This document shows, in pieces, positions 18,421 through 28,853 of a DNA stretch of 64,000 bases. Origin of the DNA: an uncultured delta proteobacterium (GTDB lineage Bacteria > Desulfobacterota > Binatia > Binatales > Binataceae); assembly GCA_963842085.1 (NCBI GenBank), contig CAWJET010000002.1, positions 864,001 through 928,000 on the forward strand, read 5' to 3'. The translations under genes and the position numbers were made by a program. How positions within the stretch are numbered: the stretch's first letter is position 1; each line of letters opens with the position of its first letter. Under the pieces are notes generated by a model. That model saw nothing but the letters and a program-made list of their open reading frames with translations. It had not been told where the DNA came from and made no database searches.

Positions 18421-20067
18421 ATGCCTGATTGGAAAAGTAGATATTTCGCGCTCGCGCTCTTAATCGGCGCAATCATCGGCTTGGCGGCCGCACACACGGC
18501 CTGGGCTCAGGACAAGAAGCCCAACATCCTCGTCATCATGGGTGATGATGTCGGTTGGTTTAACATTGGCGCTTATAACCGCGGGATCATGGCGGGCAAG
18601 ACACCTAATATCGACAAGATCGCGGAAAAAGGCATGTTGTTCACCGACTACTATGCCGAGCCGAGCTGTACGGCGGGACGAGCAAATTTTATCACCGGCG
18701 AATTGCCAATCCGAACAGGGCTCACGACCGTTGGACAAGCCGGAGCCAAGGTGGGAATGCCCGATCAAGCGCCGACGATTGCTACCGCACTCAAAGCGAT
18801 GGGCTACGAGACTGGTCAGTTCGGCAAGAACCATCTAGGCGACCTGAACGAGTATCTGCCGTGCGTTCATGGCTTCGACGAGTACTTCGGATATCTCTAC
18901 CATCTGGACGCGATGGAAGATCCGTTCTGGCACTCCTATCCGCCCGCGTTGATTAACACCGTCGGGCCGCGAAACATCGTGCAATGCACGGCGACCGAGA
19001 CCGACGACACAACCGTACAGCCGCGGTGGGGCAAGATCGGCAAGCAACAAATCGTGGATGAAGGCCCTCTGCCGCCGCGGCCGATGCCCGGCATCAAGTA
19101 CAGCATGCCAGGCTTCGATGAAGTCGTCCGCGACCGCACCATCGACTTTATCGACAAGGCGCACAAAGACGGCAAGCCATTTTTCGTCTGGTGGAACCCG
19201 ACGCGGGTTCATGTTTATACGCACCTCTCCGAGAAGTACCAGAAGATGATGACGCCGGAGAACAGTTGGTACCTGGAAGAAGCCGCGATGGCGCAGTTCG
19301 ACGATGTAATCGGCGACGTGATGAAGCACCTCGAGGAGCAAGGCCTGGCTGACAACACCATCGTGGTCGTGACCGCCGACAATGGCGCAGAGAATTTCAG
19401 CTGGCCCGATGGCGGACAGACTCCGTTCGCAGGTGGTAAGGGGCAGATCCTGGAAGGCGGGATGCGCGTGCCGGCGATAATCAGTTGGCCGGGAAAGGTG
19501 CCCGCCGGCAAAGTCGAGAATGGCATCATCTCGGGCCTGGATTGGTTTCCGACGCTGGTGGCGGCCGCGGGTAATCCGGATATCGTCGGCGAACTCAAGC
19601 AGGGCAAACAACTCGGTGACCGGACGTACAAGGTGCATCTCGACGGCTACAACCAGATGAACCTGATCACGGGCAAGGGTCCGTCGAACCGGCACGAGAT
19701 TCTCTATTTCGCCGAGGGAACATTGGGCGCGATACGCATCGACGACTTCAAATACCGCTTCATCGATCAGCCGAACGGCTGGTTTGGCGGAACAGTCAAG
19801 GTCGATTGGCCGATCATTACCGATCTACGCCTGGATCCCTTCGAGCGTACCGGTTGGCCGACCGGAACTAATGGCGCGTTTCCTTATCCATTTGAATTCT
19901 TCGGCCACGAGTTCTGGCGCTTCACTTATGTTCAGAAGCTTGTCGGGGAGTATGCGCAGACGTTCATCCAGTTTCCGCCGATGCAGCGTGGGGCCAGCTT
20001 CAACATCGAAGAGGTAAAGAAGGAAGTACAGCACGCGATCGAAACGCAGAGCCGCCTCGGTCAGTGA
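18421..20067 (+). CDS. Arylsulfatase (secreted, CxAxR-type motif)
   Basis: Signal AWA/Q; KPNILVIMGDDVG; SCTAGRANFITG; GKNHLG; ADNG; EGGMRVP. Confidence 0.95.
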   Translation: MPDWKSRYFALALLIGAIIGLAAAHTAWAQDKKPNILVIMGDDVGWFNIGAYNRGIMAGKTPNIDKIAEKGMLFTDYYAEPSCTAGRANFITGELPIRTGLTTVGQAGAKVGMPDQAPTIATALKAMGYETGQFGKNHLGDLNEYLPCVHGFDEYFGYLYHLDAMEDPFWHSYPPALINTVGPRNIVQCTATETDDTTVQPRWGKIGKQQIVDEGPLPPRPMPGIKYSMPGFDEVVRDRTIDFIDKAHKDGKPFFVWWNPTRVHVYTHLSEKYQKMMTPENSWYLEEAAMAQFDDVIGDVMKHLEEQGLADNTIVVVTADNGAENFSWPDGGQTPFAGGKGQILEGGMRVPAIISWPGKVPAGKVENGIISGLDWFPTLVAAAGNPDIVGELKQGKQLGDRTYKVHLDGYNQMNLITGKGPSNRHEILYFAEGTLGAIRIDDFKYRFIDQPNGWFGGTVKVDWPIITDLRLDPFERTGWPTGTNGAFPYPFEFFGHEFWRFTYVQKLVGEYAQTFIQFPPMQRGASFNIEEVKKEVQHAIETQSRLGQ

Positions 20068-20114
20068 AATCGCGGCCCGCAGATAAGGGTATCAGTTGTC
20101 TAAATCGAGGATCG

Positions 20115-20681
20115 ATGAAGTACAGAAAATCAGTAGCACTATTGGCTTTACTGCTCATTTCGGGATGCGTGCCACAACAGCAATACAACCAGGAAGTCCA
20201 ACAGGTGCAGCACCTATCCTACATGGACAACACCTATAAACAACTAAATCAGAATCTTCAGACCGAGGTGAACGCCGACCAGGTGCAGATCAAGCAGCTC
20301 CAGAACCGTCTCCAGGTGACGATGGTCAACGCCATCCTGTTCCCGGAAGGCGGATGGGAACTCAGCCAGAACGGAAGGCAGGAGCTGGGCAAAATCGTGC
20401 CGACCCTGGAAGGTGTTACCGGCAAACAGATTGTGATCGAAGGCTATACCGACAACGAGCCCATCCTGGCGCCACTGGCTACCCGTTTCCCGAACAACTG
20501 GTATCTTTCGGCCGCCCGCGCGATCTCGGTCGTAAGCTATCTGGAGAAGCAAGGGCTTGATCCTAACCAACTGTCGGCGGTGGCCTTCGGCAAGTATCAC
20601 CCGATAGCCTCGAATGACACCCCCGCGGGTCGCGCTCAGAATCGCCGCATCAACATCGTAATTCAGGACGAGACGCCGTAA
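20115..20681 (+). CDS. OmpA/MotB-domain lipoprotein
   Basis: Lipobox ISGC; coiled coil; EGYTD, NWYLSAARA, GRAQNRRINI. Confidence 0.9.
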   Translation: MKYRKSVALLALLLISGCVPQQQYNQEVQQVQHLSYMDNTYKQLNQNLQTEVNADQVQIKQLQNRLQVTMVNAILFPEGGWELSQNGRQELGKIVPTLEGVTGKQIVIEGYTDNEPILAPLATRFPNNWYLSAARAISVVSYLEKQGLDPNQLSAVAFGKYHPIASNDTPAGRAQNRRINIVIQDETP

Positions 20682-20708
20682 GAGAGAGGAACGGGGAAAG
20701 GAATCCTA

Positions 20709-21470
20709 ATGCGAACAATTTTAACTGCAACGCTCGGCCTCCTGTTGCTTGCTTCGGGATCGGTCTGCGCCCAGGGCGTCGTGCTACCCCTGCCGCCTCA
20801 AGATCAGCAGAAGATAACCGCTCAACTCGGGCCTGGCGTTGTAGGTATCGCACTACCCAGCAAGCCAATCACCGATCCCGCCGCATTCTTTCCACTCCAA
20901 GCCAAGGCCATGACCTACCAGGTCATGGCCGGCCCGAACGCTGGCAATACGCAATCGCTGGGTCTGGCGAAGACGCGGCGCCCGGTTGGGAGGTCGGCGT
21001 GGCGTTTTCAGCTTTCGCCGTCGCTCGCCGGGTTCCTTCGTCAGACCGCGGAAGGCGACATCATCATGCCCGCTGTGAGCGACGCGGGTGAAGGTGTGGT
21101 GGTCGTCACCACGCCGGCAAATCCATTCGTGCCAAAAGGGATGCAGCCCGGGGAGACGCGGACGTACTTCCAACAAGTCTCGGTGAACTATCTCGACGAT
21201 CCATCGGACCAGAGATATTCCGGCTCGGTCACCGGAACTTACACCTACGTCGGTACCTATCAGGTCACTGTACCCGCGGGCACGTTCCCGGCGGTGCTGT
21301 TCCGCGTCTATTGCGACGGCAAGGTCGGCCCAGCGCATACGGTGAACACCGGCTATAACTTTTTTGCGAGCGGCGTCGGCATGGTCGCAATGATTCTGCA
21401 GGAAGATGTGACAGCGTTCTGGCTCTTCAACATCGACAGCACAACTGGCAAGATACTGATGTCGAGATAA
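20709..21470 (+). CDS. Exported hypothetical protein (beta-rich, VTVPAGTF motif)
   Basis: Signal peptide; QVTVPAGTFPA motif as in DUF3108-like proteins. Confidence 0.7.
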   Translation: MRTILTATLGLLLLASGSVCAQGVVLPLPPQDQQKITAQLGPGVVGIALPSKPITDPAAFFPLQAKAMTYQVMAGPNAGNTQSLGLAKTRRPVGRSAWRFQLSPSLAGFLRQTAEGDIIMPAVSDAGEGVVVVTTPANPFVPKGMQPGETRTYFQQVSVNYLDDPSDQRYSGSVTGTYTYVGTYQVTVPAGTFPAVLFRVYCDGKVGPAHTVNTGYNFFASGVGMVAMILQEDVTAFWLFNIDSTTGKILMSR

Positions 21471-21508
21471 CTGTTGCGGGCCGGCACATTGGCTACAACC
21501 CGAATACG

Positions 21509-22843
21509 ATGACCTCACGAGTGCGGGATAATGGCGAACGGCTGGAGGTGATTGTGGGGACGGTGTCGCGCAAGGTTCATAAGGCCATCTCGCTTGCGAC
21601 AGTTATTTTGCTGGCATTTGTAACTTCCGCGTTCGGTGCCGTGCTGGAGCTGTATCCAACTGATTTAGGCACGGCACATGCCGGACAAGCGGCTTTGGCG
21701 GAGAATGCCTCGACCGCAGCCTCCAATCCAGCTGGGATGACTCTACTCGACCGTTCACAATTGATGACCGCTCCCGGCGCCCTCCTCCCCTCGACCAACT
21801 TCGACGTTGCCCCGGAAACTACCACCAAGGGCGGTGGCGGCGGCAACGCTGGCGTGTTTTTCCCGTATGGAGGGTTTTTCTACGTCCGCAAGCTCTCCGA
21901 GCGCCTGCGCTTCGGGGTCGCGGTCTATTCTGATTACGGCCTTGGCGGCGACTACGGCAAAACGTGGGTTGGACGCTACTACGCAACCTCAGAGCAGCTC
22001 GTAACCGGCAAGATCAACCCATCGCTGGCCTACGAAGTAAACGACTGGTTCTCGGTGGGGGCGGGTTTCAGCTTTGGGGTCGGCCGTTTCACGTTTCAAT
22101 CGAAGGTTAATCAAACGAGGGCTAACCCCATACTGCCGCCCGTGCCCGATGGCGGCCTGGCGATGGAGTCATGGGATGCAGCGTTTGGCGCTAAGGTCGG
22201 CATTCTGCTCAGACCGATTTCCAAACTTCGCATCGGACTCACCTATCAGTCACCGGAAGATTATAAGTTCGGCTTCCGACCGCATGTCACGGGGCTCCGT
22301 CCGGTTCTCAACCTTCTTCGCCGGAGAATTGGCGGAGTAAAGGTCAATGTTCCTTTGACCGAGCCACAGCAAGTGATGTTGAGCGGCGTCTACGAAGTCC
22401 TGCCCAAGTGGAGTCTGCTGGCTGACGTCGGATGGCAGAACTGGTCGGCATTCGCAGAGTTCCCGGTCGGGATCTCTTCGCCCAAGCAAACGACGGTTGT
22501 CGACACCAACCTGCATTTCTCGGACACGTGTCATACTGCGATTGGGCAACAATTGCAGATCGGTGAAAAGTGGACGTGGTCGGCGGGATTTGCGTATGAC
22601 AGTTCGCCGGTTTCGAGAGCGAATCGTGTTGCCGTCCTGCCCGCAGATCGCCAGTTGCGATATGGCACGGGGCTCCAGTATGAGGTCAACAATGACATCG
22701 CAGCCGGCTTTGCGTGGACGGCGATGGACGCAGGGCCCGGTCCTTTCAGTAATAACCGTGGACCGCTCGCTGGAGTATTACAGGGCCACTTCTCGACAAA
22801 CTGGCTCAACTTCGTCGCGCTCAATATCATCTGGAAATTCTAG
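21509..22843 (+). CDS. FadL/OmpP1/TodX-family outer membrane transporter
   Basis: A(A)SNPAGM hatch motif; beta-barrel pattern; C-terminal Phe. True start may be a GTG about 40-55 nt downstream. Confidence 0.88.
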   Translation: MTSRVRDNGERLEVIVGTVSRKVHKAISLATVILLAFVTSAFGAVLELYPTDLGTAHAGQAALAENASTAASNPAGMTLLDRSQLMTAPGALLPSTNFDVAPETTTKGGGGGNAGVFFPYGGFFYVRKLSERLRFGVAVYSDYGLGGDYGKTWVGRYYATSEQLVTGKINPSLAYEVNDWFSVGAGFSFGVGRFTFQSKVNQTRANPILPPVPDGGLAMESWDAAFGAKVGILLRPISKLRIGLTYQSPEDYKFGFRPHVTGLRPVLNLLRRRIGGVKVNVPLTEPQQVMLSGVYEVLPKWSLLADVGWQNWSAFAEFPVGISSPKQTTVVDTNLHFSDTCHTAIGQQLQIGEKWTWSAGFAYDSSPVSRANRVAVLPADRQLRYGTGLQYEVNNDIAAGFAWTAMDAGPGPFSNNRGPLAGVLQGHFSTNWLNFVALNIIWKF

Positions 22844-22969
22844 ACGTAACACGATTGCCACGAGCGTCGCCGCCAACTAGGATTCAACGCGCCGGAGTCG
22901 AAACGCAATGCGTTTGCGTCTCAACCGGGGCTCCACGACTTTGCCAAATTCATCGGAGTATGGTGATCC

Positions 22970-23854
22970 ATGGACAAGCACATAAGCAAGCATCCCGAAA
23001 CGCAGCATCTTGCCAACGATGTCGTTCATTACCGCGAATACAAAATTCTACTGCAGCCCGACCGGTTTACCAGCAAGAATGGTTTTCTCGAATTTTGGGA
23101 AACGGCGTCAAAAACTCTCAAGAAACTGGGCCTTAAGGTGGAAGTCGATAGCGACGCATTTAACAGCCAAGTTCGGGAAGTGCTCTTTTACGACACCCCG
23201 GAGTTTGACCTCTACAATCATCACTTCATTTTGCGGAAGCGGACTTTTTACGACCAGGGATGGCCCCGTCCCGGCCACGAGCTGACCTTCAAGTACCGCG
23301 ACCCGGAGCTCAAGTCCGCAGCGGCCGTAGACGTCCGTCCGCAATTGGGCGGACACGATGAGATAAAGTTCAAAGAGGAGTTGCTGCTCGAGCGCGACCG
23401 TCTTGGCGGGATGCGCAGCGTCTATTCCCACGGATGCGTCCTTACGTCGCCGAAGATTGAGCTCGATCGCGGTATCGAGGACATCGCCCGTGCCTTCCCA
23501 ACCCTCAAACGCATAGACATACGGCCGAGAACCAAAATGATGCTGGTCAACAACGTCGCGGTCGAGGAAGTGCAGAACACCATGGGCATCATCCACTTCG
23601 GCCACCACTTCAAGGGTAAGACCACCATCGCCATATGGCGGAGCCGGGCGCTGGAAAAATCGCTATCAGGCGAGTTCGCCTTTCAGTGCAAGTTCGATCG
23701 GTACGACGAGGTGAGCAAGGAGTCCCTTGAGCTCTCCGAAGAGTTCTACAAAAGAGTCCAGCTCAATTGCGCGGAATGGATCAAACTCGGCACCACGAAG
23801 ACCGCGATGGTGTACGGACTCGGCGATAGTCAGCAACTAAAGAACCGTGAATGA
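22970..23854 (+). CDS. CYTH-like (triphosphate tunnel) hypothetical protein
   Basis: YREYKILL, FYDT, ILRKR, LTFKYR, KFKEE motifs. Confidence 0.6.
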   Translation: MDKHISKHPETQHLANDVVHYREYKILLQPDRFTSKNGFLEFWETASKTLKKLGLKVEVDSDAFNSQVREVLFYDTPEFDLYNHHFILRKRTFYDQGWPRPGHELTFKYRDPELKSAAAVDVRPQLGGHDEIKFKEELLLERDRLGGMRSVYSHGCVLTSPKIELDRGIEDIARAFPTLKRIDIRPRTKMMLVNNVAVEEVQNTMGIIHFGHHFKGKTTIAIWRSRALEKSLSGEFAFQCKFDRYDEVSKESLELSEEFYKRVQLNCAEWIKLGTTKTAMVYGLGDSQQLKNRE

Positions 23855-23855
23855 A

Positions 23856-23930
<75 letters not shown>

Positions 23931-23939
23931 TCTGAGGCG

Positions 23940-23968
23940 AGTCTAGGTACTGCCCTGCACACTGTCAA
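23940..23968 (-). promoter_or_regulatory. Sigma70 promoter of tRNA-Gly
   Basis: TTGACA-17 bp-TAGACT on the minus strand. Confidence 0.8.
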
Positions 23969-24021
23969 TTGACTTCCCCGCAAGCTCGCGCCTGAGGAAC
24001 TTTGCGGGACGCGCTTCGCCA

Positions 24022-24681
24022 TTGACTTCGTTGCCGTCGATCAAGCAACTCTCCCTTATGGTCCTCCGCTTTTCGGCCGTCTCAGTGCTCGGGCGTCAAC
24101 GTATTTTTCATCGAACCGCTCTTTCGCTCATCATGGGATGCCTGGCTGTTGCGTCCGCCGGCTGCTTCCATTTCGGCGTCAAGCCGCTTCCCGCGAATCC
24201 CCCGACCCAGCAACAGTTGGAGGCTTACGCCGAACAGCAGACCGCGCTTCGAAGAGAGGCGAGCCATCCCAAGGCGGAAGCGGGGGAATATTGCGATCAA
24301 CTTGCCGCGGCCACGCCCGGTGTCGAAGAGCTTCGAATCAACCACGGCTCCGTCGAGAGCCGCCAATGGACGCTGATCGCCAATGGCTCTGCGCGGCGTT
24401 GGGTTTTCGTGAGACCCGTGGATGGTCCACCTGACGGCTGGGCGCCGAAGCCCGGCCTCGACAAGCTGAATTTCCAACCGTCGCTCGAGCCTGCGCTCAC
24501 GGCGGGATCCAGCGTCTTTCTCGCCTACGCTCCGATCGAGAGCCAGACCCTCGATGACAGCCAGAAATCTGCGACCGAGAGAGAGGTATTCGGTCCCGCG
24601 CAAGGCAATTTCACGTGGCGCGGACGGAAGTATAGCTACACTCTGACGCCCGAGTTGCCCTGCTTTCCCCGGCTTCAGTGA
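24022..24681 (+). CDS. Hypothetical lipoprotein (start uncertain)
   Basis: Hydrophobic stretch ending SAGC; fills the gap between the tRNA and mpg. Confidence 0.6.
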   Translation: MTSLPSIKQLSLMVLRFSAVSVLGRQRIFHRTALSLIMGCLAVASAGCFHFGVKPLPANPPTQQQLEAYAEQQTALRREASHPKAEAGEYCDQLAAATPGVEELRINHGSVESRQWTLIANGSARRWVFVRPVDGPPDGWAPKPGLDKLNFQPSLEPALTAGSSVFLAYAPIESQTLDDSQKSATEREVFGPAQGNFTWRGRKYSYTLTPELPCFPRLQ

Positions 24682-24712
24682 ACGCCGGAATTTCCCGATG
24701 CGGCGTTTTGCG

Positions 24713-25318
24713 ATGGCTCAATCGATGAAGCTGACGCGTGAATTCTACGCCCGCCCCGTCCTGCTGGTGGCGCGCGAATGCATCGGTAAACTCCTCGTCC
24801 ATCGGACCGCCCAGGGCGTAGCCGCCGGCCGAATCGTAGAGGTCGAGGCGTATCGCGGCCCTCTCGACCTTGCCGCGCATAGCGCGCGCGGTCTGACCAG
24901 GCGAACCGCTGCCATGTTCGGGCCGCCGGGCTACGCATACGTGTACCTGCTCTACGGAATCAGTTGGGCCATGAACCTGGTAACTACCGCCGATGGCGAG
25001 CCGCACGCGGTGCTGATTAGAGCGCTCGAGCCGATACGAGGCATCGAATTGATGGCGCGGCGGCGGCGCAAGCCTCCGGATTCCCGTGAACTGACTAATG
25101 GCCCCGGCAAACTGACTAATGCACTGGCTATTACCGGCGCCGACTATGGACGCGATCTGTGCGGTGGGCGGCTCTACCTGGAACACTGCGATCTTCCGCT
25201 CGGACGAATCGGCCGGTCGCCAAGGATCAACGTCGATTACGCCGGCCGCTGGGCGTCGAAGAGATGGCGCTTCTACGAACGCGGCAACCGTTACGTGTCG
25301 GTAGTACCGCGCGATTAG
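24713..25318 (+). CDS. mpg: DNA-3-methyladenine glycosylase (AAG/MPG family)
   Basis: GRIVEVEAY, MFGPPGYAYVY, AVLIRALEP, TNGPGKL. Confidence 0.95.
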   Translation: MAQSMKLTREFYARPVLLVARECIGKLLVHRTAQGVAAGRIVEVEAYRGPLDLAAHSARGLTRRTAAMFGPPGYAYVYLLYGISWAMNLVTTADGEPHAVLIRALEPIRGIELMARRRRKPPDSRELTNGPGKLTNALAITGADYGRDLCGGRLYLEHCDLPLGRIGRSPRINVDYAGRWASKRWRFYERGNRYVSVVPRD

Positions 25319-25343
25319 CGGGTCGGAGCATCGTGCACCCAAC

Positions 25344-26825
25344 CTAAGGCCGCGACACAACGATCACATTCTTGAACCTAGCCACGAAGACCGGGTACTC
25401 CCGGCGAATCTCGGTGACTTGCGCGGGCGCCGCCGTCGGCGAAACGACCACTACTCTCGGCACCTGGTCCGCGCTTCCGTGGAAGGGGATTCGAACTACC
25501 TGCACACGGTCCCGCTGTGCCGCCGAAATGTAGTAGCTGACGAGATAGTAATCGTGACAGGCGCCGACGCGCCGTTCCGATCCCGCTTTGGTCAGTGCTA
25601 TCTCACATGCATCGCGCCAGCGGTTGTCTCCCGGTCTCAGATCCGACGACACTCGCAGTATGGAAAGACTTACTATCGCGATGATGGCGACAGCGCGAAA
25701 CTTTCGCGATGGCAAAGACTCGATACCTATTGCAGTGAGTATAAATACCGGAACGAAAGAGCTAATCAGGTAGCGCGTTACGAGCATCGGAGTGACCAGG
25801 TATGATCCGGCGAACAGAACCGTCGGCGGCAGCCCGATCCAGAGGATCAGCATAACGGTCTCATCTCGAGCGGAACGCCACAGCCGAACCCCGCCCATGA
25901 TCGCGAACAGCGCGAACAGCGGAAACGGCCAGCTGCCAAGTCCGTTTTCGAAGGTGGCCAGTGGCTCCCACGGCCCCGGGGGTCTGATCCACTCGTAGTC
26001 GCCCCGTTTCACACCCTCGACTCCGTATCGCAGACCGGAAGAAAAGGGCAATAGCAGCACCATCGCGCTAACGAGTGCGGCCGCCATCAGCCATGGTGAT
26101 GCGCTTCGCGCCGCCGCGTCACTTCGGCCCTCGGCATCGGTAACGTACAGGTAGATCAGCCATAGCGCCTCCGCCGCCATCACCAGCACCGCGGTAAAGT
26201 TGGTGGCCAGTGCGATCGCTGAAAAGATTGTAAGACCGGCGTAATTCGCCAGGCCTCCCAGCCGCCGCGCGCGGAACAGGAAAATCACTTGCGCTAGAAT
26301 CCACCCCTGCATCATCGAATACATTCTCGCCTGGCGGGCGATTTCGACCGATGGAAGCCCGACCGCAAACAGCAACGCGCACAACGCCGCCACAATGTAG
26401 ATGCGGCCCTCCTCATACTCCGCCCGTTCTTTCACTGGCGTGCGGAGCTCGGCAGTTGAGGGTTCTGAGGTTTCGCCCGCCGCCAGCATCACTTCCACTG
26501 CCAGAATGAACACAAGCACGATCGACAGCGATCCGATTAGCGCCGACAACGCCCGCATCGCCGCCTCGCTTTCGCCGAAAAACCGCATCCATCCGTGTTG
26601 CGCAAGCTCGTAAATCGGTAACTTGCCGGAATCCAGCTGATGCTGTATCCGCAACACGTCCGTCACGGTCCGGCCCGCCGACTCGGCCCATGAAAGCGAC
26701 TCGTCAATCGACAGCTCCCGCGCACCCAGGCGAAAAAATCGCAACATCGTGCCCACTGCGACGGCCATCAGCAGTACCGCCGCACCCTGTCCTCGCCAGC
26801 CGCCTGGCAGAAAGTTGCGCTTCAT
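25344..26825 (-). CDS. GT-C (PMT/ArnT-like) glycosyltransferase
   Basis: LSIDE loop, FGESEAAMRALS, QARMY, multiple TMs; start uncertain. Confidence 0.8.
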   Translation of the reverse strand: MKRNFLPGGWRGQGAAVLLMAVAVGTMLRFFRLGARELSIDESLSWAESAGRTVTDVLRIQHQLDSGKLPIYELAQHGWMRFFGESEAAMRALSALIGSLSIVLVFILAVEVMLAAGETSEPSTAELRTPVKERAEYEEGRIYIVAALCALLFAVGLPSVEIARQARMYSMMQGWILAQVIFLFRARRLGGLANYAGLTIFSAIALATNFTAVLVMAAEALWLIYLYVTDAEGRSDAAARSASPWLMAAALVSAMVLLLPFSSGLRYGVEGVKRGDYEWIRPPGPWEPLATFENGLGSWPFPLFALFAIMGGVRLWRSARDETVMLILWIGLPPTVLFAGSYLVTPMLVTRYLISSFVPVFILTAIGIESLPSRKFRAVAIIAIVSLSILRVSSDLRPGDNRWRDACEIALTKAGSERRVGACHDYYLVSYYISAAQRDRVQVVRIPFHGSADQVPRVVVVSPTAAPAQVTEIRREYPVFVARFKNVIVVSRP

Positions 26826-26901
26826 TGATTTGGTGAATATGCGATCGAGCTCGACCCCGGGAAATTGCGCGACGCCGTTGTTTCGCGGTCTACTATCCGT
26901 C

Positions 26902-27732
26902 ATGCCTTTGCTCGCGCGAAGCCCCTTTCCACTCGCCATCATAACCGACTTCGGCTACCACGACCATTATGTCGGTGCGATGAAGGGGGTGATCGCGTCG
27001 ATCGCTCCTGGCGCGGCCGTCATCGACATCACCCACGGCATCCCGGCGCAATCCATCGTGGCCGGGGCGATCGCTCTGCGCGAGTCCTGGCGATACTTTC
27101 CTGCGCGCACGGTCTTCCTGGCGGTCGTCGATCCTGGCGTTGGCACCGCGCGCGTTCCAATTGCCATCGAGACTCGTGCCGGCGCCCGCTTCGTTGGACC
27201 CGACAACGGCCTGCTCTGGCTCGCCGCGAGCCAGGCCGGGATCAGGCGAATCGTGAAACTGACTTCGCGCCGCCATCGTCTTACCAAGGTGAGTGCAACC
27301 TTCCATGGCTGCGACATCTTCGCGCCAGCTGCGGCGTACCTCTGGCGTGGTACGGCAATTTCCGCGCTCGGGCCCGCGATGCGCTCGATTGAGCAACTCG
27401 AGCTGTCGCGTCCCGTCGAGTCGGCGCGCGAGTTGCGCGGTGAAGTGATCTACGTCGACAGCTTCGGCAATCTGGTGAGCAACATCGATCGCGCGACGGC
27501 CGAACGGTTCGCCGCTCGCTTTCGCCAGAAATCCCTTTCGGTTAGGATCGATGGTGGCGCGGCGATGCGAATACTTGACGCTTATGGTGACGCGCCCAAA
27601 GGTGCCCCGCTCGCAATATTCGGAAGTTTCGGCCTGCTCGAGGTCGCGGTTCGCGATGGCAACGCTGCGGCGCACTTTGCCGCCGGACCTGGCTCAAGGG
27701 TATCTCTCGTCGCGGTCCCACGACTCAATTAA
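26902..27732 (+). CDS. DUF62 SAM hydroxide adenosyltransferase family protein
   Basis: ITDFG, IDITH, VVDPGVGTAR, GPDNG, TFHG, DSFGNL. Confidence 0.92.
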   Translation: MPLLARSPFPLAIITDFGYHDHYVGAMKGVIASIAPGAAVIDITHGIPAQSIVAGAIALRESWRYFPARTVFLAVVDPGVGTARVPIAIETRAGARFVGPDNGLLWLAASQAGIRRIVKLTSRRHRLTKVSATFHGCDIFAPAAAYLWRGTAISALGPAMRSIEQLELSRPVESARELRGEVIYVDSFGNLVSNIDRATAERFAARFRQKSLSVRIDGGAAMRILDAYGDAPKGAPLAIFGSFGLLEVAVRDGNAAAHFAAGPGSRVSLVAVPRLN

Positions 27733-27735
27733 TTC

Positions 27736-28818
27736 ATGGATGAAATAGTCACACACAAGGACGCCCCCACAGTCCTTACCGAAATTCCGCGCTACACCGC
27801 GCCTGAGGAACCGGCTGCCCGCGCGCTCGAACCTCCGCGAATCCAGCCGTTGAATGTCGCGCTGTTTTTGCTGACGCTCCTGACCACTACCACCGCCGGC
27901 GCGTACATGAATGGCGAGGAAGTATCTTTCGCCCACCCGTTCCTTGCGGTCGCGGCGCTGCGTTCGGGACTCTCGTTCTCGATTCCCCTGATGATGATCC
28001 TGTTCGCGCATGAGATGGGGCACTACCTGACCTCGCGCTACCACAACGTCGATACCTCCCTGCCCTACTTCATCCCGGCGCCGCCGTCGCTGTTCATCAT
28101 CGGAACGTTCGGCGCATTCATCCGGATGCGTTCGCCCGCACGCACTCGCCGCGTGATGTTCGACATTGGCGCCGCCGGTCCGTGGGCGGGCGTGATGCTC
28201 GCGATACCCGCTGTCATCATCGGTCTGTATCTTTCCGACGTGACGCCGCTCGACAAATCCGCTGGCGGTCTCGAGCTCGGCAACTCGCTCCTGTTCCTTG
28301 GTCTCGCGCACCTGGTGCTGGGGGTTGATCCTTCGACTGTCAACGTGAATCTCAATCCGATCGCGTTCGCGGGATGGCTCGGGCTGTTCGTCACCACGCT
28401 GAACCTGCTCCCCGTCGGACAGCTCGACGGCGGCCACGTCGTCTACGCGCTCTTCCCGCGCCGCCATCGCACGATCTCGGTGCTGTTCGTTATCTCGTGC
28501 GTGCTGATGGTGCTGGTGCCGCTCGCGCTCGGTTACAGTCTCTGGTGGGGATGGCTTTTATGGGCAGTGCTGGTGCTCGCGCTCGGACTGGGGCATCCGT
28601 CGACGATCGATCGCGACACTCCCCTGAATCCGCGCCGCGCTCTTGCAGCATGGGCTACGGTCGCGCTGTTCATCGTCACGTTCAGCCCCGTGCCGCTCGC
28701 CTTCGTGCAACCCGAAGAGCCTGTGCCGTCGCAGCCGAGCGATCACACTCAGGAAATAATCCACCACGCGCCGAACTACGACGAGATGCTGCGGCAGATC
28801 AGCCACGTCCGAATCTGA
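27736..28818 (+). CDS. Site-2 protease (peptidase M50)
   Basis: HEMGH, AAGP, NLLPVGQLDGGH. Confidence 0.93.
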   Translation: MDEIVTHKDAPTVLTEIPRYTAPEEPAARALEPPRIQPLNVALFLLTLLTTTTAGAYMNGEEVSFAHPFLAVAALRSGLSFSIPLMMILFAHEMGHYLTSRYHNVDTSLPYFIPAPPSLFIIGTFGAFIRMRSPARTRRVMFDIGAAGPWAGVMLAIPAVIIGLYLSDVTPLDKSAGGLELGNSLLFLGLAHLVLGVDPSTVNVNLNPIAFAGWLGLFVTTLNLLPVGQLDGGHVVYALFPRRHRTISVLFVISCVLMVLVPLALGYSLWWGWLLWAVLVLALGLGHPSTIDRDTPLNPRRALAAWATVALFIVTFSPVPLAFVQPEEPVPSQPSDHTQEIIHHAPNYDEMLRQISHVRI

Positions 28819-28853
28819 GCGGCGCTTGACCGTCTCGCTTGAGGTGAACCGCA

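Noticed and set aside
26902-27732. Fluorinase/chlorinase call
   Set aside because: It retains the DPGVG..R and TFHG residues typical of DUF62 SAM hydrolases, and there is no halometabolite cluster nearby.
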